Positions 64,000-64,000 of a stretch of DNA of 64,000 bases are shown here, one piece after another; positions within the stretch are counted from its first letter, which is position 1; each line of letters opens with the position of its first letter. The translations under genes were made by a program, and so were the position numbers. Below the pieces are notes generated by a model, which did not search any database, had not been told where the DNA came from, and saw only the letters and a list, made by a program, of their open reading frames with translations. The stretch is from the NCBI RefSeq assembly GCF_009914755.1, contig NC_060926.1; one strand, 5' to 3'. This stretch comes from the human T2T-CHM13v2.0 reference genome, Homo sapiens.

Positions 64000-64000
64000 G

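Overview
Primate (human-like) nuclear DNA, non-coding as far as I can see (intronic or intergenic). No protein-coding exon, tRNA, rRNA or CRISPR array is recognisable; the supplied ORFs are Alu, L1, microsatellite or dead-transposase read-throughs. The window is dominated by interspersed repeats: about 42 Alu copies (J, S and Y types, many with readable target-site duplications), long degraded L1M segments, L2/MIR remnants, solo LTRs (MER4-, MER50-, LTR9-, LTR41-, LTR16/33-, MLT1-like) and DNA transposons, including a full-length Hsmar2 mariner (40339-42407) and a near full-length Tigger1 (59617-63206). I found no new biological system. The most notable items are structural: a 103-bp templated insertion copied from 1 kb away, a ~400-bp microhomology-mediated tandem duplication, a tiny TSD-flanked poly(A) retrocopy of an LTR-like fragment, an AluY-associated L1 deletion/inversion junction, a five-level nested repeat stack, and an AluY with an anomalous A-converted 3' end. 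Family names come from my recall of consensus sequences, not a database search; old-repeat boundaries are approximate.
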